A stretch of DNA of 63,903 nt, filler included, from a bacterium (GTDB lineage: Bacteria > UBA9089 > CG2-30-40-21 > SBAY01), in NCBI GenBank assembly GCA_040757115.1. It is 6 parts of 6 records of this genome, joined end to end, with 100 filler letters (N's around TTAATTAATTAA, not from the genome) between each part and the next. Parts side by side here need not be neighbours in the genome. Positions count along the whole stretch, not along the records: positions 1 to 10,981 come from JBFLYA010000127.1; 5 more parts are not named here. One strand, 5' to 3'. The notes below the pieces were generated by a model. That model did no database searches, was not told the origin of the DNA, and saw nothing but the letters and a program-made list of their open reading frames with translations. Both the position numbers and the translations under genes were made by a program. Each line of letters starts with the position of its first letter. The first letter of the stretch is position 1. This document shows positions 1 to 10,805 of the stretch, in pieces.

Positions 1-157
1 CCTTAATTTTGATATTTGCTCTTTGATTTTTGATATGATATTTGATATGTCATTTTGCATTTTAATATTTAATTTTTGATTTTGTATTACACAACTTGTT
101 GTGTTTGAAGTGGTTTCGCACTAAGTCTGTACCATTCATTTGTGCTCTCTGACCACG

Positions 158-551
158 CTAAACAGGTACTGACCTGTGGTCAGGATTAGTTTGTGCATAA
201 TGATTAGATTGATTCTCTTCCTTTTCAATAATATATTTCAATTCGTTTTTCAATACAGGAATATCCCTTTCAACCGCATCCCAAACAGCATCTATATCTA
301 CATCTAAATAATCGTGTATCAATTTGTCCCTCATTCCAGCCATTTTCTTCCGGGTATATTCGGATATTTATCTCTAATTGCTGAGTCAATTTTTTAGTTG
401 CTTCTCCAATTATTTCCAGTTCTCTTATAACACCTGCTTGAATCAGATTACTATTCATGAAATTACTGTAGTTTACTTCTTTAGTGTAGTCTTCAATGCG
501 GTGTATAGCATCAAAAATGTCTTTTAAGTAGATAGTGTCATCCTTATTCAT
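158..551 (-). pseudogene. HepT-like (DUF86/HEPN) RNase toxin, frameshifted
   Basis: ORF 270-551 gives the N-half (IRELEIIGEA) and ORF 158-343 the C-half (MAGMRDKLIHDY). Two single-base losses near 350-376 break the expected LRDKYPNIPWKKMAGMR. Confidence 0.8.
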
Positions 552-838
552 TCGTATATCACTTTCATTTCCTTTTTAATCCTGCCAATGAGGTATGGAC
601 TTATAGACCTCTCTGTGAGCAAATCGACCTTAATACCCAGGGTATCAGACAGTTCCTGCTCTATTCCAACAAGGTCAAGCAAACTTTTTCTTTCCGAAAA
701 TTCAACAATAATATCTATGTCGCTTTCTGGCTTTTCATCTCCTTTTACATAGGAGCCAAATAGTGCGGCCTTTTTTACTCTGTGTTTTCTCAGCACCCGA
801 ATAATGTTTCTTTGAATATTTTCAACTTGAGGATTCAT
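548..838 (-). CDS. Minimal nucleotidyltransferase (MNT) antitoxin
   Basis: LFGSY..G.....SDIDI motif; overlaps the HEPN gene by 4 nt; GAGG RBS. Confidence 0.9.
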   Translation of the reverse strand: MNPQVENIQRNIIRVLRKHRVKKAALFGSYVKGDEKPESDIDIIVEFSERKSLLDLVGIEQELSDTLGIKVDLLTERSISPYLIGRIKKEMKVIYE

Positions 839-1098
839 CTTCTACCACCTCACGGCTATTTGTGGAGTAATTTGAGCACCGTCAGTACGGTATTCAGGTT
901 AGACCTCGAAAGCAGAATTAACTATAACTGATAGAAATTTGCTTTCTGGAGCATTTTTTGCTTCGCAACATTTTGCTTACGCAACATTCTTACGAATTCT
1001 CGCTTTGCTCGAATTCGGATGTTACCTTCACTTTTGCCCATTATGGGAATATATTACCATAATCTTTCCCTATTGTCAACAAAATTCTTATCGGTTTC

Positions 1099-1426
1099 CG
1101 TAAGGCGTTAGCTATTGGTGGGAGAAAGGCACAAAGATTAAATTTCTCGCAAAGACGCAAAGAACACAAAGTACTCAGAAATTCCAAATTTCAAGCACCA
1201 AATTACAAATAAATTCCAAACACCACATTCTATTCGTTCAGAGTTCATTGTTTAAGACTCCTGGTTTATTCGTTCAACGAATAATGATAAATGGATTGAT
1301 GTGGAAGTTTAAATTTTAGCCATTGGGATTTATTTGTCCTTTGGAATTTGTGATTTGAAATTTCTTTGAGTCCTTTGCGTCTTTGCGAGAGGAATATCTT
1401 TTACCACCGATAACTGACCCATTACT
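1099..1426. mobile_element. Miniature inverted-repeat element with CGTAA-type ends
   Basis: Imperfect TIRs (cgtaaggcgttagctattggtgg / ccaccgataactgacccattac), flanking cggtttc duplicated, internal palindromic repeat arms. Confidence 0.55.
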
Positions 1427-1680
1427 CGGTTTCTTTAGTCCTTTGCGGTAAACAGGCTATAGATGGTGATACAGCCCAGGTTGGGCATGAATTGGCTGAG
1501 TTCTTAGATATAACGCAGGGCTCTTATGTGCGTAAGATATGCTCATTCAATCAAACCCCCACTGCAACTATGGTTGTAGAGAGGGTGTTAGAGGATGGCT
1601 ATGAGGTGCTTGAGGTCTCCTTACCAGCCTTATTTACTTGATAATCTGCGAAAATCTACATCCCATATCCAATCCTAAAT

Positions 1681-2031
1681 TCATTTAATAATCCCAATCT
1701 TTCCTATCTTCTTTCCTCCACCTCCGCCGGTGATGCAGTAGATATAGATACCTGAAGCAAGGTTTTTGCTTTGAATATCCCATTTCGGATGGCATTCGGT
1801 TACAGGTATCTCATCTATTAATTCACCGACAATGTTGTAAATCCGAATAGTTGAACCTTCGCTAACCCTGTCAAAATAGATATACCTTCCTCCATATTTT
1901 GAATCGCCTTTCTTCCATGGACCTGGATAGGCAAAGACATCATTGTTTGTTGGGGTAAAGATTACGCCTCCTGAGGTAAAGGTTGTAAAAGGTAGTAAAA
2001 TAAAACTCCGTAGAGTAAACTTATCTATCAA
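1681..2031 (-). pseudogene. Orphan C-terminal FlgD-Ig/T9SS-type sorting domain fragment
   Basis: VFAYPGPW...IRIYNIVGELI...WD...LASGIYIY...KIGIIK, similar to the end of 55331-61921; no signal peptide, REP elements upstream. Confidence 0.6.
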
Positions 2032-2047
2032 AAAGTCAAGCGGAAGT

Positions 2048-2108
2048 GTAAGGACAGGGCTTGTCCCTGTCCATTCCGTAAGCGGACAACCACAAGGGTT
2101 GTCCCTAC
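2048..2108. repeat. GTAG-family REP doublet
   Basis: gtaaggacagggcttgtccctgtcc...ggacaaccacaagggttgtccctac hairpin pair. Confidence 0.65.
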
Positions 2109-2251
2109 AACCCTAATTGCATGCAAATACACTGTAGCGGGATTTTCCGTGTTTCATCCGTGTTCATCCGTGGCTGAACAGTTACGATTTTTTAGTATAA
2201 TAAATAGCGGTTCCTGGGGAATTGAAATAATAGTTTTTTGTAACAGAAATG

Positions 2252-2637
2252 GTAACTATTCACCACGAAGAGCACGAAGGACACGAAGATGTTACAGAAC
2301 AAATCTCTTTATGCCTTCTTCCAATCTTTCCACGTGAATTCAAACAAACATGGCTCAAGAGTTCGATGCACCGCTATAGTGCATCCAATGACTCTATTCG
2401 ATAATTTGTAACCGTTCAGGTCTTGAGTTACTAATATTGATTGAGATTTCGGAACACTTACAAAATATTGAATGTAGAATGTTCAAAGTATAAAAACGGC
2501 CAAACAGAAAAATCCAGAAACTTCATCATTCTACATTCAGTATTCTACATTCGATATTCAATATTATTCTTGTGTTACCTGAACGATTACGATAATTTAT
2601 CAAATTTCACTTCGTGTCCTTCGTGGTGAATAATTAC
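2252..2637. mobile_element. IS66-end MITE containing a nested MITE (2408-2590)
   Basis: Outer TIRs gtaactattcaccacgaag / cttcgtggtgaataattac. Inner gtaaccgttcagg..cctgaacgattac is flanked by the 8-bp TSD gataattt. Confidence 0.85.
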
Positions 2638-2950
2638 CTCTATCTTTTATCTTTGCGGGTATTGCTCTGCTTGAGGGTTTTCCTCGCAATCTATGCGCTA
2701 TACCTGTATTACCTTCAACCTTAACCCTTTTACCAGCCTTTTTATTTGCCTTTTGCTTAAACCTAAAATATCTGCTGCTTCTGTCTGTTTTAGCTGTTTG
2801 TCCAATACCTTGCAAATTACATGTAATTGCCTCAGCTCCTTTTGATTCAACATGATAATATCCTTTTCTGCCATAACATACTCCTTTTTTGAAAGATATT
2901 ATAGCATCCTTAGGGGACATTTTCATTTTGGTAAAAGGTGACATTATCAT
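2600..2950 (-). CDS. Hypothetical basic protein, C-terminus runs into a MITE
   Basis: 116-aa ORF, no recognised motif. Confidence 0.3.
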   Translation of the reverse strand: MIMSPFTKMKMSPKDAIISFKKGVCYGRKGYYHVESKGAEAITCNLQGIGQTAKTDRSSRYFRFKQKANKKAGKRVKVEGNTGIAHRLRGKPSSRAIPAKIKDRGNYSPRRTRSEI

Positions 2951-2973
2951 ATTGGGATGACAGAAAAAAAAAG

Positions 2974-3002
2974 TTGACAGGAAACTGGAATTATGTTATG
3001 AT
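2974..3002 (+). promoter_or_regulatory. Sigma70-type promoter
   Basis: TTGACA-17 bp-TATGAT with extended -10 TG, upstream of ATG 3058. Confidence 0.7.
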
Positions 3003-3057
3003 AAAAATGTTTCCTGCGAACAGACTTCTAAAATTGACTAAAAAGGAGATAAAAAAT

Positions 3058-3627
3058 ATGGCTACATATACCTTGCCGCGAACAACCTATGATTTATTAA
3101 CAGAGGCATTAGGAGAAAAACAAAAGGCAGAGATTTTTGCTAAGTCAATAGAGTCAGTAATTGAAGCAATTGAGAAGAAGGCAGAAGAGATAATCGTAGA
3201 AAAGAAGAGCCAGATAAAAACTGAATTAAAAGATGAATTAAGAAATGAGCTGGTAACAAGAGAATTATTTGATGAAAGATTTAAAGCCCTTGAACATAAT
3301 GAGCTGGTAACAAGAGAGTTATTTGATGAAAGATTTAAAACACTTGAACATGAGGTGAATGAAAGATTTAAGGTTGTAGATGAAAAATTCAAGGCTCTTG
3401 AAAGTAAGATGGAGGAAAAATTTAATGTTGTAGATGAAAGATTCAAGGCTCTTGAAAGTAAGATGGAGGAAAGATTTAATGTTGTAGATGAAAGATTTAA
3501 GATTGTAGATGAGAAGTTCAAAAGCCTTAACTTTAGGCTTAATATCTTCATCGCCATTGCCCTTATTGCCCTAACCTTTGCTAATCCTACTTTTGTGAAA
3601 CTAATAGAAAAGGTTTTTGGGATTTAA
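3058..3627 (+). CDS. Coiled-coil repeat protein with C-terminal membrane anchor (DUF1640/Bdr-like)
   Basis: AAGGAG RBS before ATG 3058; DERFKALE/ERFNVVD repeats; hydrophobic C-terminus. Confidence 0.75.
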   Translation: MATYTLPRTTYDLLTEALGEKQKAEIFAKSIESVIEAIEKKAEEIIVEKKSQIKTELKDELRNELVTRELFDERFKALEHNELVTRELFDERFKTLEHEVNERFKVVDEKFKALESKMEEKFNVVDERFKALESKMEERFNVVDERFKIVDEKFKSLNFRLNIFIAIALIALTFANPTFVKLIEKVFGI

Positions 3628-3666
3628 GGCGGTAAGGGATTAGTGATTTGGGATAAAAGAAATCCT

Positions 3667-3832
3667 GTAACCGTTCAGATAGTAATTCACCGCAGAGACG
3701 CAAGAGTTCGCAGAGAAGACATAGAAATAAATTAGATAACATAAAAGATTATTGATGCAGACAGGGAAATACCTCTGACCTGCTTGCCGAATGTTCAGCA
3801 GGCAAGCCAGATTGGTTAATAATTTTAATGTT
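3667..3832 (+). mobile_element. Decayed GxxExxY-type MITE
   Basis: gtaaccgttcag end, accgcagagacgc arm, then atagaaataaattagataacataaaagattattg (degenerate [12 protein letters not shown]) and an attttaatgtt remnant of INFNV. Confidence 0.6.
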
Positions 3833-4049
3833 GCTGGACTCAAGAGATTGCCCTGATGAGAATCCTTATCCTTACCCACAAATTTTAGTGGACACCGTGA
3901 AGCGTGAGAAGAAAGGAGTTTTAATAATTGACAATTGACAATTCACCCATTCACCATTATTAAGAAAATTTAGGGAAAAAATTGTGAATTGTGAATGAAT
4001 GCATAGTTAATAATATTGTCCAGTAAAAGATGAAGGAGGTTGAATAAAA

Positions 4050-4913
4050 TTGGAAAAGGTAAGCATTGGAGTAATTGGAGGCAGTGGATTATATCAAATG
4101 GAGGAATTAAAGGAGATTGAGAAAAAACAAGTCCCTACCCCCTATGGTCTTCCTTCTAATGATATTGTCATTGGTAGATTGGGAGAAAAGAAGGTTGCTT
4201 TTTTACCCAGGCATAAAGAAGGACATTGTATTATGCCAACGGAGATAAATTCAAGGGCAAATATTTATGCCTTAAAATCATTAGGCGTTGAGCGGATAAT
4301 TGGCGTAAGTGCGGTAGGTAGTTTAAAAGAAGAATTGAAACCACTGGATATAGTTATTCCAGACCAATTAGTTGACCGAACTTTAGGTCTAAGACAACAT
4401 ACTTTCTTTGGAGAAGGTGCTGTTGGACATATAAGTTTTGCCGACCCTTATTGTCCAGAATTAAATAAGTTATTGTATGAAACTGGAAAAGAATCAGGCT
4501 ACACGATTCATCAAGGCGGAATTTATATCTGTATCGAAGGACCACAGTTTTCCACCCGGGCGGAATCTAATATTTATCGAAAGTGGGGATGTGATATTAT
4601 TGGTATGACTAACATCCCGGAGGCGAGATTGGCGCGTGAGGCGGAAATTTGCTATGCGACGATTGCTTTAGTTACGGACTACGATGTCTGGCATGAAACC
4701 GCAGAAGATGTAACCATAGAAATGGTCATAAATAATCTGATGAAAAATGTCGAGCATGCAAAACAGATGATTAAAAAGATAATTACTCAAGTTCCCGATA
4801 CCCGGCATTGTGTCTGTGCCACAGCACTTAAAGATGGAATAATTACAAAATCTGAATTAATTCCTCAAAGCACCAAAGAGAAATTAAAACTTATAATTGG
4901 AGAGTATTTGTAA
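4050..4913 (+). CDS. mtnP: S-methyl-5'-thioadenosine phosphorylase
   Basis: GVIGGSG, PRH, EGPQFSTRAES, GMT and VTDYD motifs. Confidence 0.93.
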   Translation: MEKVSIGVIGGSGLYQMEELKEIEKKQVPTPYGLPSNDIVIGRLGEKKVAFLPRHKEGHCIMPTEINSRANIYALKSLGVERIIGVSAVGSLKEELKPLDIVIPDQLVDRTLGLRQHTFFGEGAVGHISFADPYCPELNKLLYETGKESGYTIHQGGIYICIEGPQFSTRAESNIYRKWGCDIIGMTNIPEARLAREAEICYATIALVTDYDVWHETAEDVTIEMVINNLMKNVEHAKQMIKKIITQVPDTRHCVCATALKDGIITKSELIPQSTKEKLKLIIGEYL

Positions 4914-4930
4914 GACATAACGATTACCTG

Positions 4931-4979
4931 AAAAAAAAAGGGCAATCCCACTTCCGTGGAAGATTGCCCCTTTTTTTTG
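4931..4979. terminator. Bidirectional intrinsic terminator
   Basis: A-tract, gggcaatc..gattgccc stem, T-tract between convergent genes. Confidence 0.85.
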
Positions 4980-5001
4980 TCTTAATTCCCCTTTTTATTG
5001 T

Positions 5002-6279
5002 CTATCTTGAAATTGTCACTGGACATGGTGAGGGACATTTCGTCCTTATTACTGGACATTTAGTTTGCTCTTCTGGACATCTCGTCCTTATCATCGGACA
5101 TTTTGTCTTTATTACTGGACATTTAGTTTGCTCTTCTGGACATCTCGTCCTTATCATCGGACATTTTGTTGGTTCTTTTGGACATCTTGTCTGAATCACT
5201 GGACATTCAGTCCTTCTCACTGGACATTTGGTTTGCTCTTCTGGACATCTCGTCCTTATCATCGGACATGTGGTCCTTATTGGTTGTTGGGTGATATTAC
5301 ACGGGGGACATTGTGTATCTACAATTGGACATCGGGTTCTTATCTCAGGACATTTCGTCTGAATCACTGGACATTTAGTTGTCACTATTGGACATTTGGT
5401 GTTAATTGGTTCTTGAGTGATATTACACGGGGGACATTCTGTTTCTACAATTGGACATCGGGTTTTCATCTCCGGACATTTAGTCAGCACTGGTGGACAT
5501 TTTGTTTCTGCTTCTGGACAGCGAGTAAGCGGTTGTGGACACTTAGTCCTTTCTACCGGACATTTGGTGTTAATTGGTTCTTGAGTGATATTACACGGGG
5601 GACATTCTGTTTCTACAATTGGACATCGGGTTTTCATCTCCGGACATTTAGTCAGCACTGGTGGACATTTTGTTTCTGCTTCTGGACAGCGAGTAGGCAG
5701 TTGTGGACACTTAGTCCTTTCTACAGGACATTGGGTGTTAATTGGTTCTTGAGTGATATTACACGGTGGACATTCTGTTTCTACAATTGGACATCGGGTT
5801 TTCATCTCCGGACATTTAGTCAGCACTGGTGGACATTTTGTTTCTGCTTCTGGACAGCGAGTAGGCGCTTGTGGACACTTAGTCCTTTCTACGGGACATT
5901 GGGTGTTAATTGGTTCTTGAGTGATATTATGCGGTGGACATTCTGTTTCTACAATTGGACATCGGGTTTTCATCTCCGGACATTTAGTCAGCACTGGTGG
6001 ACATTTTGTTTCTGCTTCTGGACAGCGAGTAAGCGGTTGTGGACACTTAGTCCTTTCTACAGGACATTGGGTATTGACAGGTTCTTGAGTTGGAAATTGT
6101 GGTTCTGGTTCATTAGCTTGAACAACAACAATTCCAGTATTGTTGAACTGTAAGGCTGACTTTAAAGTGGATTTATAGAGTGGAGAATCATTCGCATCTT
6201 CAAAACTGCTGGCTTGTTGAACTCCAAAAGTCAAACTTCCTACCATCACAGCCGTTAACCATAGTAACCGTTTATTCAT
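5002..6279 (-). CDS. Secreted Cys/Pro/Thr heptad-repeat protein of unknown function
   Basis: N-terminal signal peptide, AGGAGG RBS, ~50 Cys in CPxxxT[KREQ] heptads, 168-nt higher-order repeat. Confidence 0.85.
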   Translation of the reverse strand: MNKRLLWLTAVMVGSLTFGVQQASSFEDANDSPLYKSTLKSALQFNNTGIVVVQANEPEPQFPTQEPVNTQCPVERTKCPQPLTRCPEAETKCPPVLTKCPEMKTRCPIVETECPPHNITQEPINTQCPVERTKCPQAPTRCPEAETKCPPVLTKCPEMKTRCPIVETECPPCNITQEPINTQCPVERTKCPQLPTRCPEAETKCPPVLTKCPEMKTRCPIVETECPPCNITQEPINTKCPVERTKCPQPLTRCPEAETKCPPVLTKCPEMKTRCPIVETECPPCNITQEPINTKCPIVTTKCPVIQTKCPEIRTRCPIVDTQCPPCNITQQPIRTTCPMIRTRCPEEQTKCPVRRTECPVIQTRCPKEPTKCPMIRTRCPEEQTKCPVIKTKCPMIRTRCPEEQTKCPVIRTKCPSPCPVTISR

Positions 6280-6482
6280 TTTATTTCACCTCCTTTCTTT
6301 TGGTAATTGGTAACTGGTGAATGGTAATTAGTTAGCAATTACCATTTAACCGATTACTTACTTTATAATTTCGTGAAGCCCTATTTTAGCACAACACTCT
6401 CAGATAAAACCTGTTCCTGTCCCTGATTAAATCAGGGATTCAGGAATTGAGTGTTGAGTGGTAATTAAACTACCAATGAGTT

Positions 6483-6511
6483 AGTATAGCATATTTTCTA
6501 TTCAGTGTCAA
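6483..6511 (-). promoter_or_regulatory. Sigma70 promoter for the Cys-repeat gene
   Basis: Minus strand TTGACA-17 bp-TATACT with extended TG. Confidence 0.75.
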
Positions 6512-6553
6512 TCTTTTTTTTATACCAAAATTAAAAAAACTTAATTTTTTTAA

Positions 6554-6582
6554 TTGACATTCCGATATTAATAATGTATAAT
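6554..6582 (+). promoter_or_regulatory. Consensus sigma70 promoter for the pil operon
   Basis: TTGACA-17 bp-TATAAT. Confidence 0.8.
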
Positions 6583-6620
6583 AAAATAAGGTTGATGATA
6601 TAAAGGGGTGAATAAAAATC

Positions 6621-8342
6621 TTGGAAAAAGAAATTAAGCAAAAAAAGAAAGAGGAAATTACTTCTCCAGAAACAGGAAGGAAAAAACTTAGACTGGGCGA
6701 AATGTTAGTTGAACGGGGAATTATCAATTATACCCAGCTTAATGAGGCGCTATCGGTCCAGAAGAAAAGAGGAGATAGATTGGCGTGTATCCTGGTAGAA
6801 TTAGGTCTTATGAAGGAAGATGATATTGCAGATTTCTTTTCACAAGAATTAAAAATACCGAGAGTAAAGGCAAAAGATTTAGATAAAATTGAACTGAGCG
6901 TAAAAAATATTATACCCGAAAATATTATGCGACGGGAATTAACTCTACCAATAAGTAAAAAGGACAATATATTAGTTGTAGCGTTAGTTGACCCTCTAAA
7001 TGTTATTGCCATTGATGAAGTAAGGTCACGAACTGGGTGTGAAATTAAAACAGTTGTTGCGACGGAAAGAGAAATAAGAAATGCCATCGAAAAACATTAT
7101 GGAAAAATCATCTCTATGGATGATTTGGTTAAAAAGATGGAGCATAAAGATGAGGTAGAAGTAGTTAAAGAAGAGGTAGTTATCCAGGAGGAAGATTTAA
7201 GTAACTTAGTAAAGAAAGGGACAGAACCATCCATTGTTGATTTAGTAAATTATATATTAGTCGATGCTATCAAATCAAGAGCATCAGATATACATATTGA
7301 GCCACAAGAAAAGTCTGTTAGACTGCGTAATAGAATTGACGGCGTGTTATATACAATTCCATCTCCACCTAAACGATTTCAAAATGCAATTATCTCAAGA
7401 ATAAAAATTATGGCAGGAATGGATATTGCCGAGCATAGATTACCACAAGATGGTAGATTTAAAGTTCGGTATGAAAAAAGGGATATAGATTTCCGTGTAT
7501 CAGTTATTCCAACTACTTATGGAGAAAAAGCAGTTTTAAGAATCCTTGATGCTAGTAATCTGTGTTTAGAGTTAGATGAGTTAGGTTTTGAACCAAAGGC
7601 ATTACCACTTTATAAAAAATATATCCGTGCACCTCATGGAATTATCTTAGTCACAGGACCAACCGGATGTGGGAAATCTACCACCCTTTATTCGACCTTA
7701 AGAACGATAAATTCAGAGGATCAAAATATAGTAACAGTTGAAGACCCAATAGAATATCTTTTGCCAGGAATAAGTCAGGTTCAGGTCAGAACAGAAATAG
7801 GATTAGATTTTACAGATGGACTGCGGCATTTTTTACGGCAAGACCCTGATATTATTATGGTAGGTGAAATAAGAGACCGTGAGGCGGCGGAAGTAGCCAT
7901 CAATGCCGCTTTAACTGGACATCTGGTATTTTCTACTTTGCATACTAATGATGCCGCAGGAGCAGTAACTCGATTACTTAATATGGGAATAGAGCCATTT
8001 TTAATCTCATCCACTATCTTGTTAAGTATTGCTCAACGATTAGTTCGAAAAATATGTCCAGAATGTAAAGAGTCTTATGAAGCATCCACGCAGACCTTGC
8101 GTAGTGTAGGAATTAAAGTTGAAGGAGATAAAAAATTTCCTTTATATCGCGGTAGAGGCTGTGATAGATGTAACAATGTTGGCTACAAAGGCAGAATTGG
8201 TGTATATGAAGTAATGATTATTAATGATGATATTCGCCAGCTTATTTTGAACCGTGAACCGGCACAAACAATTAAAGAATTAGCAGAAGAGATGGGAATG
8301 ATTTCTTTAAGAGAATCGGCATTAAGAAAAGTAATCCGCGGA
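6621..8342 (+). CDS. pilB: Type IV pilus assembly ATPase PilB/GspE (3' end in gap)
   Basis: MshEN-like RLGEMLV, ASDIHIEP, GPTGCGKSTT, LRQDPD, STLHTN, tetra-Cys Zn motif. Confidence 0.92.
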
Positions 8343-8465
8343 NNNNNNNNNNNNNNNNNNNNNNNNNNNNNNNNNNNNNNNNNNNNNNNNNNNNNNNNNN
8401 NNNNNNNNNNNNNNNNNNNNNNNNNNNNNNNNNNNNNNNNNNTTACCAGTGCAGGAGATAAAATT

Positions 8466-9551
8466 ATGTATAGTATGGAGTCTTTAGTTCATCTTATGGT
8501 AGATAGGGAAGCATCTGATATACATTTAGTGATAGGTGCTCCACCACAATTAAGAATTGATGGAGTTCTGGCACCAGTAGAAGATTGTGAAAAACTTACT
8601 CCAGATACCTGTCAACAATTAATTTATAGTGTCTTAACAGATGAACATAAAAGGCGATTTGAAGAACTATATGAATTAGATTTATCCTTTGGGGTTAAGG
8701 ATGTAGGCAGGATACGGATGAATGTCTTTCGTCAGCGCGGGACAGTGGGGGCGGCTTTAAGAAGTATCCCAAATGATGTCCCATCATTTGAATCATTAAA
8801 TCTTCCGCCAATAATTAAAGATGTCGCTGAATTACCAGCAGGATTAGTATTAGTTACAGGACCTACTGGAAGTGGTAAATCGACTTCACTGGCCGCGGTT
8901 ATTGATTATATAAATACTAATCGAAAAGAACATATTATTACGGTAGAAGACCCAATTGAATTCCTTCATAAACATAAAAGTTCTGTTATTTGTCAACGAG
9001 AAGTAGGTTCTGATACAAAGACTTTTGCCAATGCATTAAAATATATGTTAAGACAGGACCCGGATGTTATTTTAGTAGGCGAGATGCGTGATCTAGAAAC
9101 TATCGCGGCGGCATTGACTATTGCCGAGACAGGTCATTTAGTCTTTGCCACATTACATACACCTGATGCTATTCAATCGATAAATAGAATTGTTGATGTC
9201 TTCCCTGCTCATCAACAACAACAAGTTAGAGCTCAACTATCATTTGTTATCCAGGGGATATTTTCTCAAGTACTTATACCTCACGCCATGGGAAAAGGAA
9301 GGGCTTTGTGTTGTGAGGTGTTAATTGCTACCCCTGGAATACGGAATTTAATCAGGGATGGGAAAATACATCAAGCATACACCCTTATGCAATCTGGAAA
9401 ACAATATGGAATGTCAACAATGAATATGTCCATAGTAGAATTATATAATCGGGGATTGATTACCTATGAAGATGCATTAAATTATTCCCCAGAACCTGAA
9501 AGTTTAAAACAACTTTTAGGAACATCAAGAACTGCAAGAATGGGGTATTAA
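8466..9551 (+). CDS. pilT: Type IV pilus retraction ATPase PilT
   Basis: Own GGAG RBS and ATG after the gap; GPTGSGKST, LRQDPD, AETGHLVFATLHT. Confidence 0.92.
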   Translation: MYSMESLVHLMVDREASDIHLVIGAPPQLRIDGVLAPVEDCEKLTPDTCQQLIYSVLTDEHKRRFEELYELDLSFGVKDVGRIRMNVFRQRGTVGAALRSIPNDVPSFESLNLPPIIKDVAELPAGLVLVTGPTGSGKSTSLAAVIDYINTNRKEHIITVEDPIEFLHKHKSSVICQREVGSDTKTFANALKYMLRQDPDVILVGEMRDLETIAAALTIAETGHLVFATLHTPDAIQSINRIVDVFPAHQQQQVRAQLSFVIQGIFSQVLIPHAMGKGRALCCEVLIATPGIRNLIRDGKIHQAYTLMQSGKQYGMSTMNMSIVELYNRGLITYEDALNYSPEPESLKQLLGTSRTARMGY

Positions 9552-9575
9552 AGGGCTCCAGGAGGAAAAAGACAA

Positions 9576-10805
9576 ATGCCAACTTATACTTATAAAGCAA
9601 GAAATATGAGTGGAGGATTAGTAACAGGCACGATTGAGGCTGAATCACAGCGCTCCGTCATATTAAGACTTAAACAACAACATTTAATGGTTATATCCGC
9701 TGAAGAGGAAAAGGCTAATCCTATTATAGAAATATTAAATAAGTTCAGTGTAACCGCGCTGGGGAGAGTCGGATTAAAGGATTTAGTCTTATTCTCCCGT
9801 CAGTTATCTACATTAATAAATGCAGGGATACCAATCGTTCAATGTTTAAATGTTCTAATTGACCAGGTTGAAAATAAAAATTTTAAAAAAATAATTATGA
9901 CGATAAGAGAAGATATCGAGAAAGGGGCATCAATTACAATTGCGATGAGTAAACATCCAGGTGTATTTAATCAATTATACACAAGTATGGTTAAATCAGG
10001 TGAATCAGGTGGTGTGTTGGATGAAGTTTTAGAAAGAATTTCGTCATATTTAGAATCCGTCCAAACATTGCGGAGGAAGGTGCGAACAGCGATGGCTTAT
10101 CCTGCTGTCGTTTCATTCGTGGCAACAGGTATTGTCATTTTCTTATTAACTTTTGTTATTCCTGCTTTTGAAGGTGTTTTTGAGAGTTTTGGCGCAAAAT
10201 TACCATTGCCAACACAAATTCTGATTAATATTTCTCGACTATTGAGACACTATCTTCCCTGGATGGTTTTAATAGCAATAATAATCGGTATTATTCTTAG
10301 ATTGCTAATTACCAAGACAGAAAAAGGTAGGATAACCTTTGATTCATTATGTCTAAAATTACCTGTCTTTGGAACGCTTTTTCGCAAAATAGCCGTATCT
10401 CGATTTGCCAGAACTTTAGGAACATTAGTTCGAAGCGGTGTCTCAATCTTAGAGGCATTAGAAATAGTCGCCAAAACCTCTGGTAATAAAATAGTAGAAT
10501 TAGCCGTAATGGGTGCACGAAGCTCTATACGAGAAGGAGAAAGAATTACTGACCCGTTACGAGAATGTGGTGTTTTCCCACCAATGGTTATTCAAATGGT
10601 TTCAGTTGGAGAAGAAACCGGTGCTTTAGATAATATGTTAATGAAAGTAGCAGATTACTATGACCGCGAGGTAGATATGACTGTTTCTGCGTTAGCCTCT
10701 TTAATCGAACCTCTTTTAATTGTTGTTTTAGGTGTAGTAGTTGGAACAATTGTTATTTGTATGTATCTACCTATCTTTATGATGTCCAGTATCATCAGTA
10801 GATAA
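9576..10805 (+). CDS. pilC: Type IV pilus platform protein PilC/GspF
   Basis: FSRQLSTLINAG, GESGGVL, AMAYP, GEETGALD, LIEP. Confidence 0.93.
   Translation: MPTYTYKARNMSGGLVTGTIEAESQRSVILRLKQQHLMVISAEEEKANPIIEILNKFSVTALGRVGLKDLVLFSRQLSTLINAGIPIVQCLNVLIDQVENKNFKKIIMTIREDIEKGASITIAMSKHPGVFNQLYTSMVKSGESGGVLDEVLERISSYLESVQTLRRKVRTAMAYPAVVSFVATGIVIFLLTFVIPAFEGVFESFGAKLPLPTQILINISRLLRHYLPWMVLIAIIIGIILRLLITKTEKGRITFDSLCLKLPVFGTLFRKIAVSRFARTLGTLVRSGVSILEALEIVAKTSGNKIVELAVMGARSSIREGERITDPLRECGVFPPMVIQMVSVGEETGALDNMLMKVADYYDREVDMTVSALASLIEPLLIVVLGVVVGTIVICMYLPIFMMSSIISR

Noticed and set aside
3087-3557. 156-aa Ser/Leu-rich antisense ORF
   Set aside because: Shadow of the coiled-coil repeat gene.
5002-6100. 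21-nt/168-nt repeats as CRISPR or a DGR template/variable pair
   Set aside because: In-frame coding repeats without unique spacers; no reverse transcriptase in the window.
5065-6153. 362-aa Trp-rich plus-strand ORF
   Set aside because: Shadow of the Cys-repeat gene; no RBS or signal peptide.
6621-9551. 976-aa PilB-PilT fusion in the ORF track
   Set aside because: Artefact of reading through a 100-N gap; pilT has its own RBS and ATG at 8466.
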